A stretch of DNA of 64,000 nucleotides from a virus (IMGVR_UViG_3300033073_000243:1-64000), one strand, 5' to 3'; counted from the stretch's first letter, positions 27,215 through 36,512 are shown. The notes: generated by a model from the letters alone, not told the origin. Numbers and translations: made by a program.

Positions 27215-27678
27215 TATTTACTAAAGTTCGATCATTAAAAGAGCAAGGCAAGAAAATTGGTATTACATTTAGTACATTCGATCTTCTCCACGCTGGTCAT
27301 GTTGCCATGCTTGCCGAAGCAAAAAACCACTGCGACTACCTTATCTGCGGATTACAAACAGACCCAACCATTGATAGACCAGATACGAAAAATAAACCCA
27401 TCCAGAGTATTGTGGAGAGACAAATTCAACTTGCGGCGTGCCGTTATGTTGATGAAGTGGTTGTGTACTCCACAGAACAAGACCTCGTTGACCTCCTACT
27501 TATTCTCCCAGTTGATGTCAGAATACTTGGTGTCGAATATGCAGAAAAGGACTTCACTGGCAGAAGTGAATGCGAACTCAGATCCATCGACATTGTCTTT
27601 AACGGTCGAGATCACTCCTTTAGTTCCAGTAGCTTGCGTAAGCGTGTCTATGATAGTGAAGTCGAAAAACGAGGATAA
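27211..27678 (+). CDS. TagD-like cytidylyltransferase
   Basis: TFSTFDLLHAGHVAML (HxGH), LICGLQTD and SFSSSSLR motifs. Confidence 0.88.
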   Translation: MIFTKVRSLKEQGKKIGITFSTFDLLHAGHVAMLAEAKNHCDYLICGLQTDPTIDRPDTKNKPIQSIVERQIQLAACRYVDEVVVYSTEQDLVDLLLILPVDVRILGVEYAEKDFTGRSECELRSIDIVFNGRDHSFSSSSLRKRVYDSEVEKRG

Positions 27679-27681
27679 AGA

Positions 27682-28488
27682 ATGAAAACAAAAGTAGCGG
27701 TTATTGGGTTAGGATTTGTTGGAAGTGCAATATATACTTCCTTTCAACTCTATCAACCTACACTCGAAGTAGTAGGTATAGATCCTGCCAAAGGATATAA
27801 CACACCATTATCAGATATCAAAGACTTTGACGGTGTGTTTGTATGTGTGCCCAGTCCACAGTTAGAAGATGGTAGTTGTGATACAAGCATATTGGAATCA
27901 GTTATAAAAGAACTAGATCAAGTTGGGTTCAGCGGCGTTATTATTAGTAAAGTAACAGCACCGCCGGCTGTGTATCAAAAGCTACAAGAACAACATAGCA
28001 ACCTAGTTCATGCACCGGAGTTTTTAACTGCGGCTAATTCCTTTATTGATTATAGTACTGGCAAGTTTGCTATCATAGGAGGTCGTATTTCTGCATTTCG
28101 TTCGGAAGCAGAACGGCTTATTAGAATTAGTCAAACAAAGTTAGAAACCGTTATGCATTGTAGCATCGGAGAAGCAAGTTTAGCAAAGTACAGTATTAAT
28201 TCATTCTTAGCTACCAAAGTAGTCTTTATGAATGAAGTTGCCAAACTAACAGAAGCATCAGGTTGTAATTGGGAAACTGTTAGCAGTTTGATTAATCTAG
28301 ATCATAGGATCGGTTCCAGTCACATGAAGGTACCCGGTCCGGATGGGGAATATGGCTTTGGTGGCCATTGTTTCCCAAAGGATACTAACGCATTGCTCAA
28401 ATACGCAGAATCCGTTGATTCTAATCTAAGCGTTTTGGATGCCGCGGTAAAGAAAAACCTAGTAATTAGGTTGACTGATCCTAAATAA
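27682..28488 (+). CDS. UDP-glucose/GDP-mannose dehydrogenase family (lacks C-terminal domain)
   Basis: VIGLGFVG, VFVCVPSP, HAPEFL, LAKYSINSFLATKVVFMNE and GFGGHCFPKD motifs. Confidence 0.88.
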   Translation: MKTKVAVIGLGFVGSAIYTSFQLYQPTLEVVGIDPAKGYNTPLSDIKDFDGVFVCVPSPQLEDGSCDTSILESVIKELDQVGFSGVIISKVTAPPAVYQKLQEQHSNLVHAPEFLTAANSFIDYSTGKFAIIGGRISAFRSEAERLIRISQTKLETVMHCSIGEASLAKYSINSFLATKVVFMNEVAKLTEASGCNWETVSSLINLDHRIGSSHMKVPGPDGEYGFGGHCFPKDTNALLKYAESVDSNLSVLDAAVKKNLVIRLTDPK

Positions 28489-28500
28489 TAGTTGTATAAT
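28471..28500 (+). promoter_or_regulatory. Sigma70-type promoter upstream of folE with embedded TAAATA box
   Basis: TTGACT(28471)-N18-TATAAT(28495); TAAATA at 28482. Confidence 0.55.
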
Positions 28501-28542
28501 CTAAATACATTTGTGACCCACCACATTAACTCGGAGAAAAAA

Positions 28543-29262
28543 TTGACAATACTAAAATATAGAGAAGAAGACGGACGACCTCTTAGCCAGGTTATCCGCG
28601 ATAGACTTAAACGCGATAACAAACGCTTTTGGGCAGGCGATAACATTAGTGATTATATCAGCGATGTTGAAAAAGATGCTCTAATCGACGAAGCAACTAC
28701 AGCATTTGAACAAGTGCTAGACACATTGCTAATTGACAGGGAAACAGATCCCAACTCACAAGGTACAGCAAGACGTCTTGCTAAAATGTACTACAATGAA
28801 ATAATGGCAGGTAGATATGATCCAGCACCAGACGCAACAGCATTTCCAAATGATTCGAAGGACCGTTATGAAGGCATGCTGGTTGTTCGCAGTGAGCTTC
28901 GCAGTATGTGTAGCCATCATCACCAACCTGTGGTTGGCGTTGCTTATATTGGTATTATTGCTGCCGAGAAACTCATTGGACTTTCGAAGTATACAAGAAT
29001 CGCCCAGTGGTGTGCAAGACGAGGTACTCTCCAGGAGGAACTTGCTAATGACATTGCTCGGGAAATCGAAAAAGCCACAGGGGCAAAAGACCTAGGCGTT
29101 TATATTCAAGCAGTTCACGGATGCTGTGAGAATCGAGGCATTATGGCTCATAGTAGCTTAACACAGACAACAGTGTTAAGAGGTGCATTTAAAGATGATA
29201 TGGGTACAAAGAAAGAGTTCTTTGACAACATCAAAATGCAACAGGAATTTGCGCCACGATAA
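28543..29262 (+). CDS. folE: GTP cyclohydrolase I
   Basis: TARRLAKMY, SMCSHHHQP, GLSKYTR, LQEEL and HGCCENRG motifs; likely TTG start after GGAGA. Confidence 0.95.
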   Translation: MTILKYREEDGRPLSQVIRDRLKRDNKRFWAGDNISDYISDVEKDALIDEATTAFEQVLDTLLIDRETDPNSQGTARRLAKMYYNEIMAGRYDPAPDATAFPNDSKDRYEGMLVVRSELRSMCSHHHQPVVGVAYIGIIAAEKLIGLSKYTRIAQWCARRGTLQEELANDIAREIEKATGAKDLGVYIQAVHGCCENRGIMAHSSLTQTTVLRGAFKDDMGTKKEFFDNIKMQQEFAPR

Positions 29263-29591
29263 TGGCAAATCAATTTCCATTTCACGGAATAACAGGACCT
29301 GCGGGTCCTATTGGTGCTATTGGTGCAACTGGCAGTAACATGTCTTGGACTAATAGTGTATCGACTAGTGCATTTGAAATACGACAAAATAATAGTATCT
29401 TGCGTATCGATACAGACGGAACAATTACAACTCCCGGTGCAGGTAGTATACACGCTGACGAATGGATTGAAACTATTAAACTCATGAAACAACTTATCAT
29501 GGATATTGGCAGAGATCCAGAACTTAGCGAAAAGTTTCCTTACTTAAAGGAAGCCGCACATAAATGGCTAATGAAGGAGCTATCTAAATGA
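29262..29591 (+). CDS. Hypothetical protein with short Gly-X-Y stretch
   Basis: GITGPAGPIGAIGATGSN near the N-terminus. Confidence 0.65.
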   Translation: MANQFPFHGITGPAGPIGAIGATGSNMSWTNSVSTSAFEIRQNNSILRIDTDGTITTPGAGSIHADEWIETIKLMKQLIMDIGRDPELSEKFPYLKEAAHKWLMKELSK

Positions 29592-30040
29592 AGGTTTATA
29601 GAATTACTCCGCTTGAAAAGAAAAGCATCTACTACAAAGCGGAAATGTATAGAGACAATCCAGACGGTACTATAAGCTGGTTTAATGTAGAAGATCATTA
29701 CCGATGGGGTCAGGGCTTTATTAATGAAGATATGGATTGCAATCTTCCTCTTAAAGATAGTGAAGAAGCATATTGTGATCCAACTGCCGGCTGGGGAGCA
29801 GAATTAGACGATCAAGTTGCTTGTTGGTTCGAATACAGCGATGACATTCCACAAGAAGAACGAGATCAAATTGAAGAAGCATATCACGAAGGCGGCGCTG
29901 GGTTCTTACACGACGGTGACCATGAATGGCAAGTTGAAGATGATTACATAGTTGTAATAGGTCCTTTCAAAGTTGATTTATGTGAAGAAGATGGCACTGT
30001 ATTACAAGAAAATATTCCACTAAGAACAAGGGGTGAATAA
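29588..30040 (+). CDS. Acidic protein, paralog 1
   Basis: Shares EKKS...RWG..F...Y.D layout with the next gene; D/E-rich. Confidence 0.7.
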   Translation: MKVYRITPLEKKSIYYKAEMYRDNPDGTISWFNVEDHYRWGQGFINEDMDCNLPLKDSEEAYCDPTAGWGAELDDQVACWFEYSDDIPQEERDQIEEAYHEGGAGFLHDGDHEWQVEDDYIVVIGPFKVDLCEEDGTVLQENIPLRTRGE

Positions 30041-30450
30041 TGGCAACATGGAAAATATCTAATAGAGAAAAGAAAAGCTGCGAAGAACGCACATTCTGGA
30101 CGAAGGACGGCGTTACTGTTATTCGTACAGAAGGTTTCCGCTGGGGAACTTTTACAGTGGAAACTACTGACGACAATCCGCCAGAGGGCATCACGGAAGA
30201 GAATGAAGACGGAATTGACATGTATGGTTATTCTGGCGAAAATGCAGAAGATGGTGCTCAACTTGATATAATGGATGACGGCTGGTATGGCGACTGGGAG
30301 TTTCCAGACGATATGGACGAAGAAGAACAAGAGCGCATCATAGAAGGCTGGGACGAAGACAGCTATGATTTTATGGAAGGCGACGGATGGTACAACGACG
30401 AAACAGAAGCTTGGTTGTTTGGACCACTTGACATCGAAAGGATAGATTAA
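30040..30450 (+). CDS. Acidic protein, paralog 2
   Basis: About 40 D/E versus about 10 K/R in 136 aa by manual count. Confidence 0.7.
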   Translation: MATWKISNREKKSCEERTFWTKDGVTVIRTEGFRWGTFTVETTDDNPPEGITEENEDGIDMYGYSGENAEDGAQLDIMDDGWYGDWEFPDDMDEEEQERIIEGWDEDSYDFMEGDGWYNDETEAWLFGPLDIERID

Positions 30451-30451
30451 A

Positions 30452-30787
30452 ATGGTAACAAAACCAAAAGCAACTAAAAAGACTAAAGAGCCAGCAAAGG
30501 CACCAAAAGTTAAAGTAACAAAAGCTAAGAAAGAAAAAATCACAACTTGGCCACATGTTGTTAAAGGTACTCACTTAACTGTAACAACATACGAAGACGG
30601 ACACACTGAATTAGTTTGGGATGACGAACAGTTAGCTAAAGAAGTTCACGATGCTATTGCTAGCGTAGAATTAGCGAATATGAAGCCAGCAGTAAGAGCT
30701 AAAGTTGCAGTTCGTAAAAAGAAAGAAGCAGAGAAAAAGGCAGTACCAAAGATTACCGCCGCAAAGAAAACTAAGAGTAAAAAGTAA
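30452..30787 (+). CDS. Basic Lys/Ala-rich (histone H1-like tails) protein
   Basis: K/A/T-rich termini around a small core (WPHVVKGTHLTV...LVWDD). Confidence 0.7.
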   Translation: MVTKPKATKKTKEPAKAPKVKVTKAKKEKITTWPHVVKGTHLTVTTYEDGHTELVWDDEQLAKEVHDAIASVELANMKPAVRAKVAVRKKKEAEKKAVPKITAAKKTKSKK

Positions 30788-30930
30788 TGCCGACATTCCT
30801 TTCTATCATAGGATTTATTATTAGTATGGGTCTTGTATCATATGTAGTGAACAAGACTATACTCAAAAATATAAAAGGATGCAGTGGCGATTGTAATCAA
30901 GGACGCCGCGCATGTAATTGTTCAGAATAA
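30787..30930 (+). CDS. 47-aa membrane-anchored Cys-rich peptide (not in ORF track)
   Basis: TAATG-coupled; MPTFLSIIGFIISMGLVSYVVNKTILKNIKGCSGDCNQGRRACNCSE*. Confidence 0.7.
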   Translation: MPTFLSIIGFIISMGLVSYVVNKTILKNIKGCSGDCNQGRRACNCSE

Positions 30931-30931
30931 C

Positions 30932-31165
30932 ATGTCCAAATCTATATTACTCAATATTAACTTTTGGGAAGCAAAGCAGTTAGAATATTGGTTGAAAGAT
31001 AATTATCCAGATTGTACTATTAAACCAGTTAACCACGACTTATATGTTCCGCCCGAAGAACACGAATACTATCGAGTAGAAGGTAAAATTGATGTTGACT
31101 TGTCATGTATATTACAGTTAAAATATGGGTTATCAGATAATCATTTAAACCATGGAAAAAATTAA
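30932..31165 (+). CDS. Hypothetical protein
   Basis: Likely start ATG 30932, right after the peptide stop. Confidence 0.55.
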   Translation: MSKSILLNINFWEAKQLEYWLKDNYPDCTIKPVNHDLYVPPEEHEYYRVEGKIDVDLSCILQLKYGLSDNHLNHGKN

Positions 31166-32012
31166 AGTAAGCGAAATCTTTTATAGCGCACAAGGCGAGG
31201 GACGCTTTATTGGTGTCCCTAGTGTCTTTTTTAGAACCTTTGGATGTAACTTCAAATGCCCCGGCTTTGGATTACCGCCCGGTGTAAAAACTACAGAGCC
31301 AGACGAAATAGGTGCTAAGGTTCATCTATACAAATCATTTATGGATCTGCCATTAGCTAACAGTGGATGCGATAGTTATGCATCTTGGCATCCTGCATTT
31401 AAACATTTAAGTCCAAGCTATTCTGTCGATGAAGCAGTTGATGCAATGCTTAAACTCACACCCAATAATAAATGGACACAAACTAACGGCAACGATGTTC
31501 ATCTTGTTATTACCGGCGGTGAACCATTGCTAGGTTGGCAAGCCTTATATCCAGAACTACTAAGTCATAACCGCATGAAAGACTTACATAATCTTACATT
31601 TGAAACTAATGGTACTCAACCATTACATCATGCGTTTAAGTATTTCTTAATGGACGGTTTTAGACTTCCACGAGATAACATTACATTTAGTGTAAGTCCT
31701 AAGCTAAGTGCAAGTGGTGAGGCATGGAACGATGCTATCTGTCCTGATGTAGTTAGAGAGTATCAACAAGTAGGTTACACTTATCTAAAGTTTGTTGTAG
31801 ATAAAACAGCAGACTTTGAAGAAGTAGAAGCCGCAGTAAATGAATATCGCAAAGCCGGGTTCCAAGGTCCAGTTTATGTTATGCCTGTTGGTGGTACAGA
31901 TAATGCATACTTTGCAAATAGCAAACATATCGCAGATGTTGCATTGGAAAAAGGATACCGTTATAGTCCACGTCTACATGTAGACATTTGGAGCAATGGG
32001 TGGGGCAAGTGA
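31152..32012 (+). CDS. queE: 7-carboxy-7-deazaguanine synthase (radical SAM)
   Basis: SEIFYSAQGEG, FRTFGCNFKC...GCDS (split cluster motif), VITGGEP, FETNGT, SVSPKL and SPRLH motifs. Confidence 0.9.
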   Translation: MEKIKVSEIFYSAQGEGRFIGVPSVFFRTFGCNFKCPGFGLPPGVKTTEPDEIGAKVHLYKSFMDLPLANSGCDSYASWHPAFKHLSPSYSVDEAVDAMLKLTPNNKWTQTNGNDVHLVITGGEPLLGWQALYPELLSHNRMKDLHNLTFETNGTQPLHHAFKYFLMDGFRLPRDNITFSVSPKLSASGEAWNDAICPDVVREYQQVGYTYLKFVVDKTADFEEVEAAVNEYRKAGFQGPVYVMPVGGTDNAYFANSKHIADVALEKGYRYSPRLHVDIWSNGWGK

Positions 32013-32194
32013 AAAAACAGTTGTTGCTTACACGAAAACAATTCGAAGAAATTAAAAAGGTTTTCGAAGAGTACGATATAGATTATATTCTTTTGACTAA
32101 AGATAATTCGTCTGGCATTGGTGAAAACGTCTATATGGAATTTGATCCTTTGCGTACAATTACAAAAGATATAACAGACTATGAAGCGTGGTAA
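32009..32194 (+). CDS. Hypothetical protein
   Basis: GTGA overlap with the queE stop. Confidence 0.55.
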   Translation: MKKQLLLTRKQFEEIKKVFEEYDIDYILLTKDNSSGIGENVYMEFDPLRTITKDITDYEAW

Positions 32195-32196
32195 TA

Positions 32197-32397
32197 ATGG
32201 AAACACATAAAAGAACAATAGTTAGAATGATTAGTTACCGTATTACCGCGTTACTGCTTACGATCCCAGTTACTTACTGGTTAACAGGCGATTGGACTAA
32301 AGCGTTCGAAGGTTCTGTTTTAATTCACTTAATACTATCATTGGATTATTATATACACGAACGCATTTGGTTAAAGATTAAATGGGGTAGAGAATGA
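32197..32397 (+). CDS. DUF2061-like small membrane protein
   Basis: METHKRTIVRMISYR...YYIHERIWLKIKWG pattern. Confidence 0.7.
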   Translation: METHKRTIVRMISYRITALLLTIPVTYWLTGDWTKAFEGSVLIHLILSLDYYIHERIWLKIKWGRE

Positions 32398-32735
32398 AAG
32401 CACAAAAACCAGCTCAGGGTATTATGTTACAAGGCGACTTCGGTAACAGCAAAAACTTCAAAGTAGAATGTGATTGTTCCAGTGACGATCACTCTGTCTA
32501 TATGTGGATTGAAGTATCAGAAGATAAAGACATTCCAGATGTGGAAGTCAGCTTCTATGTAAAAACCTGGACGCCAGTATGGCAAGGATGGGGTCAACGC
32601 CTTAAAGCAGTATATGAAATTTTGTTTAAAGGCGTACACAGACAAGAACATCATATGCTTTTAAATAAGCAAAGTGCATTGAACTTTGCAGAGACTATCA
32701 AGCAAACAGTTAAAGAAATGGAAGGAAAGAAATGA
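32394..32735 (+). CDS. Hypothetical protein (CxC...H)
   Basis: Coupled ORF with VECDCSSDDH. Confidence 0.65.
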   Translation: MKAQKPAQGIMLQGDFGNSKNFKVECDCSSDDHSVYMWIEVSEDKDIPDVEVSFYVKTWTPVWQGWGQRLKAVYEILFKGVHRQEHHMLLNKQSALNFAETIKQTVKEMEGKK

Positions 32736-33832
32736 GTTATCTATTTACAAGTGAGAGTGTTTCAGAAGGACATCCAGATAAGGTAGCTGATGCTATCAGT
32801 GATGCCGTTCTAGATTTAGTTATGTCCAAAGAAGATACTTCTTTGCGTTGTGCTTGCGAAACATTAGTAACAACTAACAGAGTTGTACTAGCAGGCGAAT
32901 ATAAAGGTATTCTACATGAAGAAGAAGTAGAAAGTGCAGTCCGTAAGGTCATTAAAGACATCGGATATGAGCAACAAGGATTTGATTGGCGCACTGCTGA
33001 AATCACAAACCTATTACACGAACAAAGTGCCGATATTGCTCTTGGCACTGATAATTTTGGTGCGGGCGATCAGGGTCTAATGTTCGGTTATGCATGTAAT
33101 GAGACTAGTGCTTATATGCCCAGCGCCATTTATTGGAGCCATCGTATTGTAGAAGAATTAGCTCGTTTACGCAAAGTAGGCACAATAGCTTGGTTAGAGC
33201 CCGATGCCAAGAGTCAAGTTACTTTTGAATATAACGATGATGGTACGCCAAAACGAATTGCAAAAGTTGTTTGCTCAACACAACACGCACCTGATGTTGA
33301 TTTGTATGCGTTGCGTTTGGGTATTACGGAAATTATTCGTGCAATTTTACCTAAAGAATATGTTGATACAAATACTGAGTTTTACATTAATCCTACTGGT
33401 CGTTTTGTTGTAGGCGGACCTGATGGGGATACTGGACTCACAGGCAGAAAGATTATTGTGGATACTTACGGTGGTTACAGTCCTCATGGCGGCGGCGCCT
33501 TCTCGGGAAAAGATCCAACTAAGGTAGACCGCAGTGCCGCATACATGATGCGTTACATTGCCAAGAACATTGTAGCAAGTGGTCGTGCATCTTGGGCTAC
33601 ATGTCAAATCAGTTATGCTATTGGTATGGCTGAACCTATGAGCTTCTATATCGAATGCGAAGATAAGGCCTTAGCTAGAGACTTAACAATGCTCATTCCA
33701 AAAGTAGTTGACCTTACACCAAAAGGGATTATTGACAAGTTCCAATTGTTCCGCCCTATCTATAGCAAGACAACTAACTATGGACACTTTGGCAAAGATT
33801 ACTTGCCATGGGAAAAAGTAGACTTATTTTAA
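32732..33832 (+). CDS. metK: S-adenosylmethionine synthetase
   Basis: FTSESVSEGHPDK, GAGDQGLMFGYA, GGPDGDTGLTGRKIIVDTYGG, GGGAFSGKDPTKVDRS and YGHFG motifs. Confidence 0.97.
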   Translation: MSYLFTSESVSEGHPDKVADAISDAVLDLVMSKEDTSLRCACETLVTTNRVVLAGEYKGILHEEEVESAVRKVIKDIGYEQQGFDWRTAEITNLLHEQSADIALGTDNFGAGDQGLMFGYACNETSAYMPSAIYWSHRIVEELARLRKVGTIAWLEPDAKSQVTFEYNDDGTPKRIAKVVCSTQHAPDVDLYALRLGITEIIRAILPKEYVDTNTEFYINPTGRFVVGGPDGDTGLTGRKIIVDTYGGYSPHGGGAFSGKDPTKVDRSAAYMMRYIAKNIVASGRASWATCQISYAIGMAEPMSFYIECEDKALARDLTMLIPKVVDLTPKGIIDKFQLFRPIYSKTTNYGHFGKDYLPWEKVDLF

Positions 33833-33834
33833 TT

Positions 33835-34161
33835 ATGATTGATTTATTTAAAAACCTATTCAAAGGCAAACAGCCTACCAATCCAAAGGAAAGTAAAGAG
33901 CCTTGGGTTAATGTAGTTAACACAGACTTTGACGAGCAAAACCCTCGTCAAGGTTTCATGGAATTGGAATGGAACGCTGCCTTTATCCAATTTCTAAAAG
34001 ACCACGGCTACGAAGGTAAAACTGACGAAGAAATTGTCGACAAATGGTTTACCGAATTGTGCAGGAACATTGGTGCTCAGTTTGATGAAGAATCCAAATT
34101 TGTAGCTAATGCAGATGTCTTGCCCAAAAAGCGTAAAAAAGTTGACACAAAAAAGCAATAA
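33835..34161 (+). CDS. Conserved-looking hypothetical phage protein
   Basis: EPWVNV...GFMELEWN...IVDKWF; likely start 33835. Confidence 0.65.
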   Translation: MIDLFKNLFKGKQPTNPKESKEPWVNVVNTDFDEQNPRQGFMELEWNAAFIQFLKDHGYEGKTDEEIVDKWFTELCRNIGAQFDEESKFVANADVLPKKRKKVDTKKQ

Positions 34162-34170
34162 CGCTACAAT
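34142..34170 (+). promoter_or_regulatory. Early sigma70-type promoter
   Basis: TTGACAcaaa-N17-TACAAT; ATG 6 nt downstream. Confidence 0.7.
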
Positions 34171-34176
34171 ACAATC

Positions 34177-34386
34177 ATGAGTAAACTTAACTGGAGTTTC
34201 AAGGTCAATTTTGTTGGCGAAGATTTTATCCTTCTTTCCTTTAAAAAGAAGGACGAAGAAAACTGGTACGAGCTCTTACTTTCAGTAAGAGAATACACAG
34301 AGCTAATGACCTTGCTCCAAGCATTTAATATGCAATTCGGTTCACAAATTGAAAACAAACTTCTTCAACATTATCTAAATGGCTAA
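34177..34386 (+). CDS. Hypothetical protein
   Basis: 69-aa ORF, apparently leaderless. Confidence 0.6.
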   Translation: MSKLNWSFKVNFVGEDFILLSFKKKDEENWYELLLSVREYTELMTLLQAFNMQFGSQIENKLLQHYLNG

Positions 34387-35368
34387 AACTTATCTTCTCG
34401 TAGATGCCGCTAATATGTTCTTCCGGGCACGACATGTTGTTCGCGGCGAAGACCCTGAAACTAAAATTGGTATGGCTTACCATATCATGTTCAACAGTAT
34501 CAACAAAGTATGGCGAGACTTTAAAGGCAGTCATGTCATTATCTGTCTCGAAGGTCGTAGCTGGCGCAAAGACTTTGATACTAACTATAAAGCAAATCGG
34601 GCGGCTGCTCGTGCCGCCTTGACGGTTAAAGAAGCGGAAGAAGATAAAATGTTCTGGGAAGCTTTTGACGAGCTCAAAACTTTCTTCCAAACTAAATCTA
34701 ATTGTAGTGTATTACAACACGAAAACTGCGAAGCTGATGATTTTATCGCTCGCTGGATTCAGAGTCACCCTAACGACGAGCATGTTATTGTAAGTAGCGA
34801 CAGTGACTTCTACCAATTGCTTGCACCAAATGTTAGACAGTTTAATGGTATTAGTAAACAACTAATTACAGTTGAAGGTATCTTCGACGAAAAAAACAAG
34901 CGGGTACTAGATAAGAAAACTAAAGAACCACTAGCGCCGCCAGATCCTGCTTGGCTACTGTTCGAAAAGTGTATGCGTGGTGATAGTTCAGATAATGTCT
35001 TTAGTGCTTATCCAGGTGTGCGCGAGAAAGGTACCAAAAACAAAGTTGGTCTTCGCGAAGCGTTTGCCGATAAGGATACCAAAGGATATAATTGGAACAA
35101 TATGATGCTTCAGCGTTGGGTTGACCATAATGGTGTCGAACATCGTGTGCGTGATCGTTATCTACATAATAAGAAGCTAATTGACTTGACAGAACAGCCA
35201 GATGAAATTAAACTAGCGTTAGATACTACAATTACAGAAATTACAAATAAAGAGCCGGTTAAGCAAGCAGGCTTGCATTTTGTTAAATTTTGCGGTAAAT
35301 GGAACCTTGTCAATGTCGCCGACAGAATGACAGAACACAGCGAATACTTAGGAGCGGCTTATAAATGA
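34379..35368 (+). CDS. rnh: T4-type RNase H / 5'-3' exonuclease (FEN family)
   Basis: LLVDAANMFFR, EADD, SSDSDFYQL and GDSSDNV motifs. Confidence 0.92.
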   Translation: MAKTYLLVDAANMFFRARHVVRGEDPETKIGMAYHIMFNSINKVWRDFKGSHVIICLEGRSWRKDFDTNYKANRAAARAALTVKEAEEDKMFWEAFDELKTFFQTKSNCSVLQHENCEADDFIARWIQSHPNDEHVIVSSDSDFYQLLAPNVRQFNGISKQLITVEGIFDEKNKRVLDKKTKEPLAPPDPAWLLFEKCMRGDSSDNVFSAYPGVREKGTKNKVGLREAFADKDTKGYNWNNMMLQRWVDHNGVEHRVRDRYLHNKKLIDLTEQPDEIKLALDTTITEITNKEPVKQAGLHFVKFCGKWNLVNVADRMTEHSEYLGAAYK

Positions 35369-35835
35369 TTTTAGCAAAGAGTGTTATCAAGGATAAATTT
35401 TGGATACTAGAAGAAAATGCCCAGCGGGTGGGTATGATGAACTTCAAAGATAATAGCTACAGCATTAATCTAAAACGAAAAGACTACACAGCAAAAGACA
35501 GCAAGGATCTTAAGATCCTTGGTATTGAATTTGTTGTTAGAGACTTTAAACACGGCGGACACTTGGAAGTACTCGGCTATCCTACCGATCAAGAAGAAGT
35601 CTATAATGTAAAAGACATTGATGGCTATCCTACTTTTACTAAAAAAGCCGCAAGCAAAAGTACCCATGTAGCTGGTTGGTACGGTTTAAAGTTTAAAAAC
35701 GGCTGGGTTTGTAGCTTATGCCCGCGTCTAACTACAATTAAAACTAACACCCATGTTGGCCCTTATAAGACTAAAATGGACTTGAAAGTTGTTTTGGGTC
35801 AGCAAAAAGATAGCGTTATCGACGACGAAGAATAA
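35365..35835 (+). CDS. Hypothetical protein
   Basis: Coupled ORF. Confidence 0.7.
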   Translation: MILAKSVIKDKFWILEENAQRVGMMNFKDNSYSINLKRKDYTAKDSKDLKILGIEFVVRDFKHGGHLEVLGYPTDQEEVYNVKDIDGYPTFTKKAASKSTHVAGWYGLKFKNGWVCSLCPRLTTIKTNTHVGPYKTKMDLKVVLGQQKDSVIDDEE

Positions 35836-35887
35836 TTAAAATAGCTTTTAATCGCTTCTCTGATAAATAATACTATCGGAGAAACGA

Positions 35888-36205
35888 ATGGCTAGACCAA
35901 AACCAACAATATTATTAACACATACGGATCCAGGAACATACAAAAGCGACGAGATTTTGGAAGCTGATGCCATCTATGCGGTATTCTACAAAAACAAACC
36001 TTTTAACCTTCGTACATTCCTGAATAGTCTGCAAGATTATCCCGGACCTAAATATAAAAAGGTATCGTTTAGTAATCCAGGACATGCTTTTAACCTAATG
36101 GAAAAGTTAAACAAGTTATTCAAGTGTTCGGACTTTACTGTAGTTGAGCTAAAAGAAGGTACAGTTGTCAATGAATACGAACTTATCAAAAGAGCAGAAA
36201 AGTAA
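35888..36205 (+). CDS. Conserved-looking hypothetical phage protein
   Basis: MARPKP...YPGPKYKKVSFSNPGHA; GATAAATA box and GGAGA RBS upstream. Confidence 0.75.
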   Translation: MARPKPTILLTHTDPGTYKSDEILEADAIYAVFYKNKPFNLRTFLNSLQDYPGPKYKKVSFSNPGHAFNLMEKLNKLFKCSDFTVVELKEGTVVNEYELIKRAEK

Positions 36206-36512
36206 GTTAATACTAGACACTATACAACAGTCAGTGGATCTTCCACTGACTTTTTTTAAGGTTTTTAAAAACGACAAAGGCACAAGGTTCACTGGTATTG
36301 GATTTGAAATAGCAAAAACTTTATGGAATACATACACAGTTAAGCTACCGCAACACTATGTCGTTCTAAACAAAACTCTGCTACTCTTAGACGAACGCAT
36401 GGATTGGCCATACTATTTGAGCAAAACGAAACTGGTATTATTCAGCGAACTAGATGCTTTTGAATTTTCACTATATCAAGGAGACATAAATTTATGGGCC
36501 AACAAATTCTAA
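36165..36512 (+). CDS. Hypothetical protein
   Basis: ORF filling the gap; start uncertain. Confidence 0.55.
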   Translation: MSMNTNLSKEQKSKLILDTIQQSVDLPLTFFKVFKNDKGTRFTGIGFEIAKTLWNTYTVKLPQHYVVLNKTLLLLDERMDWPYYLSKTKLVLFSELDAFEFSLYQGDINLWANKF

